A stretch of DNA of 64,000 nucleotides, taken from the NCBI GenBank assembly GCA_000754445.1, contig JNSD01000001.1:9351-73350 (forward strand), given 5' to 3'. Numbering within the stretch: position 1 is the first letter of the stretch; each line of letters opens with the position of its first letter. Below are positions 10,441 through 21,409 of the stretch, piece by piece. Origin of the DNA: an actinobacterium acMicro-4 (GTDB lineage Bacteria > Actinomycetota > Actinomycetes > Actinomycetales > Microbacteriaceae). The notes under the pieces were generated by a model. That model searched no databases and was not told where the DNA came from. It saw only the letters and a list, made by a program, of their open reading frames with translations. Both the position numbers and the translations under genes were made by a program.

Positions 10441-10666
10441 TTGCGGTTGCGAGGTTGCACGGAAAAACCTCGAGGATTATCTCCACGGCGAGCTCCAGGG
10501 AGTCAACTGTGACGAGATTGAGCAACACCTTGAGACATGCTTACCCTGTAAAGACGAACACACCGTCGGTGTCACATTGACCAACAAGGTCAAATCAGCG
10601 TGTTGCGAAACCGCGCCAGAGCAACTCAAGAAAACGATTGTGTACTCGATCGAATCCCTGTCTTAG
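10433..10666 (+). CDS. rshA: Zinc-binding anti-sigma factor RshA/RsrA
   Basis: HxxxCxxC (HLETCLPC); overlaps sigH stop. Confidence 0.88.
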   Translation: MADCGCEVARKNLEDYLHGELQGVNCDEIEQHLETCLPCKDEHTVGVTLTNKVKSACCETAPEQLKKTIVYSIESLS

Positions 10667-13600
10667 GACAGCGCGTTATCCAGAATGAGCTGAGCCTCGG
10701 CTTGACTGCGCTTGGACGATCCCGTCGCCGGTGACGCCGAGCGGGGCCTGGACACCACAGTCATGGGGGGCAAGCCCGCTTGTGGGCCTTCCATCATGAC
10801 GAATGGCCACGCACCCTGGTTCTCTGGTTCGTCTTGAACCCAGACGAACTCGGCTTGCTGGTAACGCTTGGCAATCGAGCGAAGTTCGGCGGCCGGGAAA
10901 GGATAGAACTGCTCGAGACGAACAAGGGCGATGTTGGTGATGCCCTTCTTCTCAATTTCTGACTGCACGTCGTAGTAGATCTTTCCTGCGACCACTAACA
11001 CTTTCGTGATGCCGGCTGGATTGGTGACCTTGGGGTCGTCCAGCACTGGTTGGAACTTACCCGAAGTAAAGTCACTGACGTTGCTGGTCGCACCGCGAAG
11101 ACGCAGCATGGCTTTCGGGGTGAAGACAACGAGTGGCCTGCGCGGCCTGGCATAGGCCTGCCTGCGAAGCAGGTGGAAGTAGGAGGCAGGCGTCGAGGGC
11201 CTGGCGATGGTCATATTGTCCTCCGCTGCGAGCTGGAGGAAGCGTTCAATGCGAGCAGAGGAGTGGTCTGGTCCTTGACCCTCGAAACCGTGGGGGAGCA
11301 GCAGGACAACACTCGAGCGCTGATCCCACTTCTGTTCTGCGGAGGAAATGAATTCGTCAATTACGGTTTGCGCGCCGTTGACGAAGTCACCGAACTGCGC
11401 TTCCCAGAGCACCAACGCTTCAGCACGTTCTACCGAGTAGCCGTACTCGAAGGCGAGGGCAGCGTACTCGCTCAGCAGAGAGTCGTAGATATAGAGGCGA
11501 GCCTGTCGCTCCGCGAGGTTCATCAGTGGCAGCCACTCCTGGCCGTTCACACGGTCATGGAAGACAGCGTGGCGCTGGACAAACGTTCCACGCCTGGCAT
11601 CTTGGCCCACCAGGCGAACCGGGGTGCCCTCAAGAAGCAGGGAGCCCAGTGCGATGAGCTCACCAAAGCCCCAGTCAATGTCACCCTCGCGAGCCATCTC
11701 TCGGCGCTTCTCGAGCAGGGCGACAAGCTTCGGGTGAACGGTGAAACCGGGAGGCTGGTTGCCGTGGGCGTCACCGATGAGCGCCAGAACTGATGCGTCC
11801 ACGCCGGTCGCTGCTGGCTCTGCCGCTTCTTCGGTTGCCACATCCTCGGTGATTGCTGGAATCTTCCCGGTCTGGGCAGCGTGGGTTTCTTCAAACGCTT
11901 CTTCGAGGCGTTGGTGGAAGTCACGCTGGGCCGCTTCGAGCTCGTCTGCGGTGATGTCACCGCGGCCCATCAGAGCCTCGGTATACAGGGTGCGCACACT
12001 GCGCTTGGCTTCAATCAGGTTGTACATCAGCGGCTGGGTCATTGAGGGGTCATCACCCTCGTTGTGGCCGCGGCGGCGGTAGCTGATCAGGTCGACCACC
12101 ACATCACCCTTGAAGGTTTGCCGGTAGGCGAAAGCGAGTTCAGCCACGCGAAGTACTGCTTCGGGGTCATCGCCATTGACGTGGAAGATGGGCGCTTGGA
12201 TGGTTTTGGCAACATCGGAGGCATACACCGACGTTCTCGCATCGTGAGGAAGAGTCGTGAAGCCGACCTGATTGTTGACGATGACGTGAACGGTTCCGCC
12301 GGTGCGATAGGCGCGAAGCTGGGACATCTGCAGTGTTTCAAGAACCACACCTTGACCAGCCATCGCTGCGTCACCGTGGATCAAAACAGGAAGAACCCGG
12401 AAGCTGCCAATGGCACCGCGGTCTTGTTTAGCGCGAACGATGCCCTCCAAGACGCCGTTCACGGCCTCGAGGTGAGAAGGGTTCGCGGCAAGGTAGACAG
12501 GGATTGTGCTTCCGGTCGGGCTCGTATAAAGACCCTCGGTGCCAAGGTGATACTTCACATCTCCCGAGCCGTGAATGCTGCTGACGTCCTGCGTTCCCTC
12601 GAACTCGCGGAAGATTTGGCCATAGGTTTTGCCCGCGATGTTGGCCAGGATATTGAGCCGTCCGCGGTGCGCCATGGCGATGGCTACCTCGTCGACGCGC
12701 TCGTCATCCGAGGCCGCCTGCATGATTTCGTCAATCAAGCTGACTGTTGACTCGGAGCCTTCCAAGCTAAAGCGTTTCTGCCCGACGTACTTGGTTTGGA
12801 GGAAGGTTTCGAAAGCCTCGGCCTGGTTCAGCTTCGAGAGAATCCGCAGCTGAGCATCGTGGTCTGGCTTTTCATAGGGGCGTTCCACCTGTTCCTGGAA
12901 CCACAGGCGCTGCTCGGGATCTTGGATGTGCATGTATTCAAGCCCGATGGTTCGGCAGTAGGAGTCGCGCAGGACGCCGAGAATTTCACGCAGGAGCATG
13001 GTGCGCCTGCCACCAAAGCCACCGGTGACAAACTCGCGGTCCAAATCCCAGAAGGTCAGCCCGTGGCTTTCAATCTCAAGGTCGGGGTGAGAGCGCTGGC
13101 GATATTCCAGTGGGTCGATATCTGCCATCAGGTGGCCGCGAACACGGAAGGCATTGATGAGCTCTTGAACTCTGGCGGTCTTGTTGACGTGGTCCGCGGT
13201 GTCTTCGGCGATGTCTTCTGCCCAGTGGATGGGCATATAGGGAATCCGCAGCGAGGCGAAAATTTCCTCGTAGAACCCATCGCCACCAATCAGGAGTTCG
13301 TGCACCTTCTTCAGGTATTCCCCTGAACCTGCGCCCTGAATCACCCGGTGGTCGTAGGTGGAGGTCAACGTGATGGTCTTGCCGATGCCCAACTCGGCAA
13401 GGGTCTTTTTTGACGACCCTTGAAACTCAGCCGGGTACTCGAGCGCTCCAGCACCAATAATGCAGGCCTGGCCCTTCATCAGGCGCGGCACAGAGTGCTC
13501 GGTACCAATTCCTCCCGGGTTCGTCAGCGAGATGGTGTTGCCCGCAAAATCATCAGCGGTGAGTTGTCCCTCGCGGGCTCTGCGCACGACGTCCTCATAG

Positions 13601-14349
13601 CTTGCGAGGAATTCGGCGAAACCGAAGGTTTGCGCTCGCTTGATGCCGGGAACTACGAGGCTTCTCGTGCCATCGGGCTTCGGGATATCAATGGCAATGC
13701 CCAGGTTCACGTGTGCGGGGTGAACGGCAACGGGCTTGCCATCGATCTCGTCGTAGGAGACGTTCTGGCTTGGCAGTTGCTTGAGAGCCTTAATCATCGC
13801 CCACGCAATCAGGTGGGTGAAGGACACCTTGCCACCGCGGGTTCGTCGCAGGTGGTTATTGATAACGATGCGGTTGTCAATCATCAACTTCGCGGGAACA
13901 GTGCGGACGCTGGTGGCGGTGGGAACCTGGAGGCTTTGGTCCATGTTCGCGGCCAAAGCCTTAGCCATCCCCTTCAGGGGTGCAACAGTGTCGGTTGCCT
14001 CTGCCGCGTCCGCGGTGTCGATTACGGGAATCGATGTGGTGGCGAGAGTCGGCGCTTCAGCGGGAATGGGCTGGACTTTGGGCGCAATCGAGGTGGTCTT
14101 AGCCACGGGTGCGGTAATCGGGGCCTGGTCATCCGAGAACGCGGGTGCAGGTGCAGTCACTGGAGTGGGCACTGGGGTCACCGGCACACCCGACTCCGCG
14201 GCCCTTGACTCGAAGAGCGGCCACCAGGTTTCTTCTACGAGGTGGGGGTCTTTTTGATACAGACCCCAGAGCTCATCGACCAACCATTCGTTGGCTCCGA
14301 ATTCAACAGAATCATCGGTGGATGTTCCTACAGTGTCGCTATCTGACAC
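10663..14349 (-). CDS. kgd: Multifunctional 2-oxoglutarate decarboxylase/dehydrogenase (E2-E1 fusion)
   Basis: FGANEWLV N-terminus, YDHRVIQGA, KRFSLEG, HGDAA, GPDHSSAR; start likely GTG 14349 (ORF open to 14427). Confidence 0.95.
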   Translation of the reverse strand: MSDSDTVGTSTDDSVEFGANEWLVDELWGLYQKDPHLVEETWWPLFESRAAESGVPVTPVPTPVTAPAPAFSDDQAPITAPVAKTTSIAPKVQPIPAEAPTLATTSIPVIDTADAAEATDTVAPLKGMAKALAANMDQSLQVPTATSVRTVPAKLMIDNRIVINNHLRRTRGGKVSFTHLIAWAMIKALKQLPSQNVSYDEIDGKPVAVHPAHVNLGIAIDIPKPDGTRSLVVPGIKRAQTFGFAEFLASYEDVVRRAREGQLTADDFAGNTISLTNPGGIGTEHSVPRLMKGQACIIGAGALEYPAEFQGSSKKTLAELGIGKTITLTSTYDHRVIQGAGSGEYLKKVHELLIGGDGFYEEIFASLRIPYMPIHWAEDIAEDTADHVNKTARVQELINAFRVRGHLMADIDPLEYRQRSHPDLEIESHGLTFWDLDREFVTGGFGGRRTMLLREILGVLRDSYCRTIGLEYMHIQDPEQRLWFQEQVERPYEKPDHDAQLRILSKLNQAEAFETFLQTKYVGQKRFSLEGSESTVSLIDEIMQAASDDERVDEVAIAMAHRGRLNILANIAGKTYGQIFREFEGTQDVSSIHGSGDVKYHLGTEGLYTSPTGSTIPVYLAANPSHLEAVNGVLEGIVRAKQDRGAIGSFRVLPVLIHGDAAMAGQGVVLETLQMSQLRAYRTGGTVHVIVNNQVGFTTLPHDARTSVYASDVAKTIQAPIFHVNGDDPEAVLRVAELAFAYRQTFKGDVVVDLISYRRRGHNEGDDPSMTQPLMYNLIEAKRSVRTLYTEALMGRGDITADELEAAQRDFHQRLEEAFEETHAAQTGKIPAITEDVATEEAAEPAATGVDASVLALIGDAHGNQPPGFTVHPKLVALLEKRREMAREGDIDWGFGELIALGSLLLEGTPVRLVGQDARRGTFVQRHAVFHDRVNGQEWLPLMNLAERQARLYIYDSLLSEYAALAFEYGYSVERAEALVLWEAQFGDFVNGAQTVIDEFISSAEQKWDQRSSVVLLLPHGFEGQGPDHSSARIERFLQLAAEDNMTIARPSTPASYFHLLRRQAYARPRRPLVVFTPKAMLRLRGATSNVSDFTSGKFQPVLDDPKVTNPAGITKVLVVAGKIYYDVQSEIEKKGITNIALVRLEQFYPFPAAELRSIAKRYQQAEFVWVQDEPENQGAWPFVMMEGPQAGLPPMTVVSRPRSASPATGSSKRSQAEAQLILDNALS

Positions 14350-14535
14350 GCGCCTCTGCTCACTCTCACGTCCGAGGAATTGCTGTGAAAATCCTACCGG
14401 TTTTGTCACTAGGTTCCTGGCAGCCATAGTTGGCCCAAGCGTTGCCTGCTACTCTGTGGGAGCAATGCACAAAAACTCCTCTGAGCGCTCCGAACCCAGT
14501 CATAAACCCTGGGGCACCCTTGTTCGGGGTGCCCG

Positions 14536-15855
14536 GTGAATCCTGACCTGATTCTTTTCGGTGTTGGCGTGCTGTTGGCGCTGGGTACCGGAGTCTTCGT
14601 GGGCAGTGAGTTTGCACTGCTCAACCTTGATCGCGCTGATCTGGAGAGTCGCACCGCACGCGGCGAAAAAGGCAATCGCATCACGATTGCTGCTCTCAAG
14701 CGCACCTCCACTCACCTCTCCAGCGCGCAGTTGGGCATCACCTTGACCACCCTGCTGACCGGATACACCATGGAGCCGGCCATCTCGTCCATGCTCTCCG
14801 GCCCGCTGACTAGAGCCGGTCTCGATGATGATTTTGTGCGCCCCGTGGGAGCTGTGGCCGGAATTCTCATCGCCACCACGATCTCCATGATTTTTGGTGA
14901 GTTGGTCCCCAAGAACTACGCGCTTGCCGTTCCTCGCCAGACCGCGAGGGTTCTTGTGCCACTGCAGGTGGCCTTCACCTGGGTGTTTAGCCCCTTTATT
15001 GCCGTATTGAATGGCAGCGCGAACCGCATTCTGCGCGCGATGGGAATTGAACCCAAAGAAGAGCTCTCGGCTGCCAGAACAGCCGATGAGCTCTCGAGTC
15101 TTGTTCAGCGCTCTGCGCTGCAGGGTTTACTCGAAGACGATACGGCGACGTTGTTGTCGAGGACCATTGAGTTCTCTCAGCGCAACGCCATCGATGTCAT
15201 GACACCGCGGACCAAGGTGGAGAGCGTTCACCGCAGTGACACCGCCAACGATGTCATTGAATTAGCTCGCAGAACCGGATATTCGCGCTTTCCCGTCATT
15301 GATGAATCCATTGATGACATTCGCGGCGTCGTTCACGTGAAGCAGGCGGTGGCGGTGCCCGGAGACAAGCGCGATGAAGTGCCGGTCTCTGCTCTGTCCT
15401 CGGAAGTGATTCGTGTTCCCGAGACCATGCCACTGGACTTGCTCCTGACAGAACTTCGAGGTCGCAGTTACCAAGTGGCCATCGTGGTCGACGAGTACGG
15501 TGGCACCTCCGGTATTGCCACCCTCGAGGACCTGGTGGAAGAACTCATCGGTGAGGTTGCTGACGAACACGATCGTGCCCCGCTCGATGTTGTTCGCGCC
15601 AGGGACTGGTTCACCTTCCCCGCCCAGTTGCGCCCCGACGAGCTCGAGGAGCGCACCGGTGTTGGCGTGCCAGAAAGTGGCCACTACGAAACGGTCGCCG
15701 GGTTCATCCTCGAGCGCCTTGGCAGAATGGCTGACGTCGGCGACACGGTCACCACTGACTTAGGCGAATTCCGGGTTGAGCGGATGGAAGGCCGACGCAT
15801 TGATCGCGTCCGGTTCACCCCGAGCGTGAGCCCTGAGCAGGTGACGCTCCTATGA
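14536..15855 (+). CDS. CNNM/DUF21-CBS-CorC (hemolysin-family) protein
   Basis: SEFAL, QLGIT, GELVPK, tandem CBS, YETVAG CorC domain. Confidence 0.9.
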   Translation: MNPDLILFGVGVLLALGTGVFVGSEFALLNLDRADLESRTARGEKGNRITIAALKRTSTHLSSAQLGITLTTLLTGYTMEPAISSMLSGPLTRAGLDDDFVRPVGAVAGILIATTISMIFGELVPKNYALAVPRQTARVLVPLQVAFTWVFSPFIAVLNGSANRILRAMGIEPKEELSAARTADELSSLVQRSALQGLLEDDTATLLSRTIEFSQRNAIDVMTPRTKVESVHRSDTANDVIELARRTGYSRFPVIDESIDDIRGVVHVKQAVAVPGDKRDEVPVSALSSEVIRVPETMPLDLLLTELRGRSYQVAIVVDEYGGTSGIATLEDLVEELIGEVADEHDRAPLDVVRARDWFTFPAQLRPDELEERTGVGVPESGHYETVAGFILERLGRMADVGDTVTTDLGEFRVERMEGRRIDRVRFTPSVSPEQVTLL

Positions 15856-16889
15856 ATGACTGGGCTGGGTTGGCGTGGTTAGTGGTGTTGCTCGCTGGCA
15901 ACGCATTTTTCGTGGGGGCTGAATTCGCTGTCATCGCCGCTAAGCGATCGCAGATTGAGCCCTTGGCTGCCGCTGGCAAGAAGGGCGCAAAGACCTCGCT
16001 GTATGCAATGGAGCACGCGACTTTGATGCTGGCGACATCGCAGCTGGGTATTACAGTGTGTTCGCTGTTGATTCTGTTGGTCTCCGAGCCCGCTGTTCAT
16101 CACCTCCTTGAGGGGCCCCTCGGGGCGCTCGGGGTTCCAGACGCGTGGGTGAGTGTGCTGGCATTCGTCATGGCGCTGTTGATTGTGACCTATTTGCATG
16201 TGGTCTTCGGTGAGATGGTGCCCAAGAACATCTCGTTCTCCTTGCCGGACAAGGCCGTGTTGTTCTTGGCACCCCCTCTGGTGTTTGTTTCTCGAGTGAT
16301 CTCGCCAATAATCCGCAGCCTGAACGCGATTGCCAATGGTTTCCTCCGGATGACTGGGGTGGAGCCGAAGGCTGAAGCAGTCAGTGCCTACACGCTCGAC
16401 GAGGTGGCAACGATTGTTGCGGAGTCCACGAAGACCGGGATGCTCTCGGATCATTCCGGTGCACTGTCTGCGGCTTTTGAGTTCACCACCAAAGTCGTCG
16501 GCGATGTCACGATTGCTTTGCCTGATTTGGTCACCTTGCCAGAAGATGCAACCCCGGCCGATGTTCACCAAGCCGTGGCGCAGAGGGGCTTTAGCCGCTA
16601 TGTGTTGATCGACGATTCCGCTGAGCCCACCGGCTATGTCCACATCAAAGATGTGCTCGATGGGGCGGATATCGATAGCGACTACCCAGTCCCACCTCGC
16701 AGGATTCGCTCCCTGGTTACCCTGCGTGATGCCATCGATTTAGAGGACGCGCTCGCCACACTGCGCCAAACCGGTGCTCACGTGGCAAAAGTGGTGAGCC
16801 CGGATGGTGCCACCAGAGGTGTGCTGTTCCTCGAGGACATCATCGAAGAGCTCGTGGGTGAAGTGAGGGACGCCACTACCCGTCGCTAA
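15852..16889 (+). CDS. CNNM/DUF21-CBS protein, second paralog without CorC domain
   Basis: NAFFVGAEFA, QLGIT, GEMVPK, EDIIEELVGE. Confidence 0.9.
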   Translation: MNDWAGLAWLVVLLAGNAFFVGAEFAVIAAKRSQIEPLAAAGKKGAKTSLYAMEHATLMLATSQLGITVCSLLILLVSEPAVHHLLEGPLGALGVPDAWVSVLAFVMALLIVTYLHVVFGEMVPKNISFSLPDKAVLFLAPPLVFVSRVISPIIRSLNAIANGFLRMTGVEPKAEAVSAYTLDEVATIVAESTKTGMLSDHSGALSAAFEFTTKVVGDVTIALPDLVTLPEDATPADVHQAVAQRGFSRYVLIDDSAEPTGYVHIKDVLDGADIDSDYPVPPRRIRSLVTLRDAIDLEDALATLRQTGAHVAKVVSPDGATRGVLFLEDIIEELVGEVRDATTRR

Positions 16890-16925
16890 CATGGTGACCA
16901 TCACAGGCAGAGCGGGGGCAAACGG

Positions 16926-17855
16926 GTGTCAGACACCGTCGTAGTCATTGGCGAGGCGCTGATGGACTGTGTCATCGGACCCTCAGGAGAGCCCCTGCAC
17001 GAGGTGCCAGGCGGCAGCCCCATGAATGTTGCTATTGGTCTTGGGCGCCTAGGACTCTCCACTCTGTTGGCCGCTCGGGTCGGCGCGGATGCCCGGGGTG
17101 CGACAATCACCTCTCACGTGAGGGACAGTGGTGTCGCGCTGATCGAGAAGAGCTCGGGTCTAGATGCCACCTCCACGGCCACAGCGCACCTGTCAGAGGA
17201 TGGCTCGGCGCGCTACGAGTTTGACCTCGTCTGGGATCTTGAGCCTTCTATGGTCCAAACGACCCCCTACCTCCACGTCCACGCGGGCTCCATTGCCTGC
17301 ACGCTCGAGCCGGGAGCCAGTGCTGTGCTGGAGATTGTAAAGCGCTCGCGCGCTGCGGGTGCCAGCATCAGCTATGACCCGAACGTGCGGCCCCACATTA
17401 TGGGCTCCGCCTCTGAAGTAATGCCACAGATTGAGGCCATGGTTGGGCTCGCACACCTCGTGAAAGCCAGCGACGAAGACGCTGCCTGGCTCTACCCGGG
17501 GGTCTCCCTGGAAGAGGTGGCGGCGAGGTGGCAGACGCTCGGAGCGACTCTGGTGGTGATTACCCGAGGAGCCGAGGGTGCCAGGTTGTGGTGGTCCGAT
17601 GCCGAGCTGTCTTTGCCCTCCCACGCGACCACAGTGGTCGACACCATTGGCGCCGGTGACACGGTGACGGCTGGGCTTATTTCTGCCCTTGCGACCAGAT
17701 CACTCCTCGGCGGGGCCGGGGCGAAGCGTTGGGAGACTCTCTCAGACAACGACCTGGTGGACATTGTTAGCTTTGCCCTACGGGCAGCGGCCATCACCGT
17801 GTCCCGAGCGGGTGCAGACGTGCCGACTTTGGCAGACATGAAAGGTGTTATCTGA
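16926..17855 (+). CDS. PfkB carbohydrate kinase (fructokinase-like)
   Basis: GEALMD, PGGSPMNVA, YDPNVR, DTIGAGD. Confidence 0.85.
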   Translation: MSDTVVVIGEALMDCVIGPSGEPLHEVPGGSPMNVAIGLGRLGLSTLLAARVGADARGATITSHVRDSGVALIEKSSGLDATSTATAHLSEDGSARYEFDLVWDLEPSMVQTTPYLHVHAGSIACTLEPGASAVLEIVKRSRAAGASISYDPNVRPHIMGSASEVMPQIEAMVGLAHLVKASDEDAAWLYPGVSLEEVAARWQTLGATLVVITRGAEGARLWWSDAELSLPSHATTVVDTIGAGDTVTAGLISALATRSLLGGAGAKRWETLSDNDLVDIVSFALRAAAITVSRAGADVPTLADMKGVI

Positions 17856-18709
17856 TGGCTGGGCCCATTGCTGTTGACCACAATTTTCTTCGCGGTTGGG
17901 TGCGAGCACCGCAGCCCGAGGACCACAAGTATTCGAGGGGCGTCCTGTCGCTGCTGACCGGAAGCGCCGCCTATCCAGGTGCCGCTCTGATAGGCGTCGA
18001 AGCCGCTCTTCGCACGGGAGTAGGGATGGTTCGCTATTCGGGCCCGGAGGGTGTTGCCCAGATGGTGATTACCCAACACCCCGAAGTTGTCATTGCCCCT
18101 GGTAGTGCCGATGGGCTGGTGGTGGGTAGCGGGATGGTGTCACCCCTCGATGAAGATTCTCGTAGTCGGGTCAGCGCAGCTATCGCCGAGGGAGTTCCGA
18201 GCGTGGTCGACGCGGGAGCGCTGGAGCTCGTCGAAGACTTCGGGCCGCTCACCGTCTTGACCCCCCACCACGGCGAGTTAGAGGCGCTCTTGGAGCGCCT
18301 CGGAATTCCCGCGGGAGCCACGGACCGCGAGAGTGCACAACAGCTTGCGAAGAAACTCTCCATGACGGTGCTCGTCAAGGGTGCTCATGGCGCTGTGGTC
18401 GATGGTCACGGCGGGGTGTGGGAATTGCCTCGGGCAACGCCGTGGTTGGCAACCGCTGGAACCGGTGACGCGCTTGCCGGCATTCTCGGTGCGCTCTTGG
18501 CCGCGTGGCACGAGCGCCTGCGTGAATCCCCGAAACTCCTGGGTGAGGCTGTGGCCGCAGGGGCATTGATTCATCAGATTGCCGCAGCGAGAGCGTCAGC
18601 CCGAGCGGTCGGCGATGCCGATAGCCCCACCGGTGGCCCCTTTAGCGTCATGGATGTCTGCCGGGAAATCCCGGCAGTCATCGGCGACGCGCTTAACTCG
18701 TGGGCGTAG
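17855..18709 (+). CDS. nnrD: ADP-dependent NAD(P)HX dehydratase, standalone
   Basis: HKYSRG, YPGAA, LTPHHGE, ATAGTGD. Confidence 0.88.
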   Translation: MAGPIAVDHNFLRGWVRAPQPEDHKYSRGVLSLLTGSAAYPGAALIGVEAALRTGVGMVRYSGPEGVAQMVITQHPEVVIAPGSADGLVVGSGMVSPLDEDSRSRVSAAIAEGVPSVVDAGALELVEDFGPLTVLTPHHGELEALLERLGIPAGATDRESAQQLAKKLSMTVLVKGAHGAVVDGHGGVWELPRATPWLATAGTGDALAGILGALLAAWHERLRESPKLLGEAVAAGALIHQIAAARASARAVGDADSPTGGPFSVMDVCREIPAVIGDALNSWA

Positions 18710-19901
18710 CCAGGAGGTTCGCCAGGGAAGCGCCAACGCGTTCGGATTCGATCAGGAATCCATCGTGCCCATACGGCGTCTCTAGCACCTCGGGAACATC
18801 ACCACTCAGGCAGCCGGGGATGTGGCGGGCCAGTTCCACTTGCTGACCAAGTGGGAAGAGCCGGTCGCTATCAACGCCCAGTACAAGACTGGGCAGTGTT
18901 AGCGACCCAAGAACTCCCACGATGTCACCGCGATCACGCGTCACATCGTGGGAGTTCATCGCGCCGACCAAACTCATATAGCTGTTGGCATCGAATCGCC
19001 TGGTGAATTTGTTGCCGTGGAAATCCAAATAGCTCTCAACGGCAAAGCGACCGTTGTCGCCAAGCGGGGAGACCTTGCTCTGCCAGGTTCTCTCGAAGCG
19101 CTCGTTGAGTTCGGTGGGCGAGCGGTAGTTCACCAGTGCCATCCGCCTGGCCAGTGCCAACCCTCGGTAGGGACCCTCGTCATGGTCGTAGTAGTCGCCA
19201 CCAGAAAAGAAGGGGTCCACGGTGATGGCTTCGATTTGGATGGAGTTACCACCGATTTGGTCGGCGCTGGTGACCGCGCTGGTGGCAACGAGGCCAAGCC
19301 GTGAGACGCGTTCGGGGAATAGCAAAGCCCACTCCAGCGCATGCATTCCTCCCATAGAACCGCCGACGACAGCGGCGAAGGTGGAAACTCGAAGGTGATC
19401 AGCGAGCGATTCGACGACCCGGGTTTGGTCCCTAATTGTCAGATAGGGGAAGCGAGACCCCCACTCCCTGCCATCCGGGTGAAAACTCGAGGGACCAGTG
19501 GTGCCCTGGCAGCCACCGAGAATGTTCGGCACTACAACGCACCACTGAGTGGTGTCAAGCCCTAGGCCAGGGCCCACAACACCAGACCACCAGCCCGCGG
19601 TGGGGTGTCCGGGACCAGCGTGACCAGTCGCGTGAGAGTCGCCGGTGAGAGCGTGAAAAACGAGGATGGCGTTGGATGCATCGGCGTTGAGTTCCCCGAA
19701 GGTTTCATACGCGATCCGCACATGAGGGATGTGATCGCCATGCTCTGTGGTGAATGGGCCGACTTGGCAAAACTGTCGATCACCGAGGTGATCACCATCG
19801 CGCCAGGCACCACTGACCGGCGGTGTCCCGCGCAGCGTCGCCTGAAGAGCCTCCGAGACGAAGGCCGAAGGCAGGGACTCTGCCGGTGATTGCCAATCCA
19901 T
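18693..19901 (-). CDS. metX: Homoserine O-acetyltransferase
   Basis: HALTGD, GGCQGTTGP, GGSMGG nucleophile elbow, YGHDGFL. Confidence 0.93.
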   Translation of the reverse strand: MDWQSPAESLPSAFVSEALQATLRGTPPVSGAWRDGDHLGDRQFCQVGPFTTEHGDHIPHVRIAYETFGELNADASNAILVFHALTGDSHATGHAGPGHPTAGWWSGVVGPGLGLDTTQWCVVVPNILGGCQGTTGPSSFHPDGREWGSRFPYLTIRDQTRVVESLADHLRVSTFAAVVGGSMGGMHALEWALLFPERVSRLGLVATSAVTSADQIGGNSIQIEAITVDPFFSGGDYYDHDEGPYRGLALARRMALVNYRSPTELNERFERTWQSKVSPLGDNGRFAVESYLDFHGNKFTRRFDANSYMSLVGAMNSHDVTRDRGDIVGVLGSLTLPSLVLGVDSDRLFPLGQQVELARHIPGCLSGDVPEVLETPYGHDGFLIESERVGASLANLLATPTS

Positions 19902-19921
19902 AGTGTGGCTATTCTTCCCTA

Positions 19922-19959
19922 ACTGGAGATGGCCGGGGAATACCCCGGCCATCTCCAGT
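19922..19959. repeat. Perfect 17-bp inverted repeat between metY and metX
   Basis: ACTGGAGATGGCCGGGG-AATA-CCCCGGCCATCTCCAGT. Confidence 0.9.
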
Positions 19960-19994
19960 CCCCGGAGGAACTCTGGAGCCTTGCTCCGGGAGCG

Positions 19995-21296
19995 TTACTT
20001 AGCCTTCTTGGCGGCCTGGAAACCGGACTCAAGATCAGCCAGGATGTCGTCGATGTGCTCGAGGCCGACCGACAGACGCACCAAGCCAGGGGTGACGCCG
20101 GTGGTGAGTTGCTGCTCTGGAGTGAGCTGCGAGTGAGTGGTCGAGGCCGGGTGAATGATCAGGCTTCGCACATCACCAATGTTCGCCACGTGGCTAAAGA
20201 GAGACACGCTATCGACCAGCGCACGGCCGGCGTTCACCCCACCCTTGATCTCAAACGAGAGCACTGCTCCAACACCGAGGGGGGCATACTTCGATGCAGC
20301 CTTGTTCCAGCGACTGGAGGGCAGTGCGGCGTAGTTGACTGCTGCCACCTGGTCGTGGGCTTCCAGCCACTGGGCGACAGCCAGGGCGTTGTCACAGTGA
20401 CGCTCCATGCGCAGGCTCAGGGTTTCGATTCCTTGAATCAAGCCAAACGCGTTGTCGGGGGAGACAGCGGCACCGAGGTCGCGCAACAGCTGGACGCGCG
20501 CCTTGATGATGTAGGCAATGGGATCACCGAGCACACCGGTGTAACTAGCCCCGTGATACGAGGGGTCTGGCTCGGTGAGGCCTGGGAACTTGTCCACGTG
20601 CTTCGACCAGGGGAACTTTCCGCCATCGACGATGGCGCCGGCAATCACGGTGCCGTGTCCGCCAAGAAACTTGGTCGCCGAGTGAACGACGATATCTGCA
20701 CCGTGTTCGAGGGGGCGGATCAGGTAGGGGCTGGCCACGGTGTTATCCACGATCAGCGGTAAACCGTTCGTGTGGGCGACGCCGGCAACGCCTTCGATGT
20801 CCAAGATGTTGATTTTTGGATTTGCGATTGTTTCGCCGAAGAATGCCTTGGTGTTGGGCCGCACCGCAGCCTGCCACGCGGCCAGGTCATCTTGGTCTTC
20901 GACAAAGGTGACCTCGATACCGAGTTTTGGCAACGTGTACTTGAAGAGGTTGTAGGTTCCGCCATAAACCGAGGACGAGCTGACCACGTGGTCGCCGGAG
21001 TGCGCGATGTTCAAAATGGCATTGGTGGTTGCTGCCTGACCGGAGCTCAGCAGTAACGCAGCCGTTCCGCCCTCCAGAGCAGCGATGCGCTTCTCTGCGA
21101 CATCCTGGGTTGGGTTCATGATGCGGGTGTAAATGTTGCCAAACTCTGCGAGCGCGAAAAGGTTCGCGGCGTGCTCAGCGCTGTCGAAGACATACGCGGT
21201 GGTGCGATAAATCGGAGTTGCGCGGGAGTGAGTGGTCGGGTCGGGGGTTGCGCCGGAGTGGATCTGCTGGGTCTCAAATTTCCAGTTGTCTGCCAT
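19995..21296 (-). CDS. metY: O-acetylhomoserine/O-acetylserine sulfhydrylase
   Basis: YTRIMNPT, HSATKFLGGHG (PLP lysine), HPASTTHSQ. Confidence 0.95.
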   Translation of the reverse strand: MADNWKFETQQIHSGATPDPTTHSRATPIYRTTAYVFDSAEHAANLFALAEFGNIYTRIMNPTQDVAEKRIAALEGGTAALLLSSGQAATTNAILNIAHSGDHVVSSSSVYGGTYNLFKYTLPKLGIEVTFVEDQDDLAAWQAAVRPNTKAFFGETIANPKINILDIEGVAGVAHTNGLPLIVDNTVASPYLIRPLEHGADIVVHSATKFLGGHGTVIAGAIVDGGKFPWSKHVDKFPGLTEPDPSYHGASYTGVLGDPIAYIIKARVQLLRDLGAAVSPDNAFGLIQGIETLSLRMERHCDNALAVAQWLEAHDQVAAVNYAALPSSRWNKAASKYAPLGVGAVLSFEIKGGVNAGRALVDSVSLFSHVANIGDVRSLIIHPASTTHSQLTPEQQLTTGVTPGLVRLSVGLEHIDDILADLESGFQAAKKAK

Positions 21297-21409
21297 GGCC
21301 GTGCTTTCTGTCGTGGAGCGCAGGCGAGTGGACTGCGTGGACCCCACAGTAAAGCGACTTGGCAGATTCGTCACCTGGGCCTGTAACGCTGGGTAACAAT
21401 GCCCGGAGG

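Noticed and set aside
17855-18709. NnrD without a fused NnrE epimerase
   Set aside because: Standalone dehydratases are common
21297-21409. SAM riboswitch upstream of metY
   Set aside because: The region is short and I could not match SAM-I or SAM-IV core motifs
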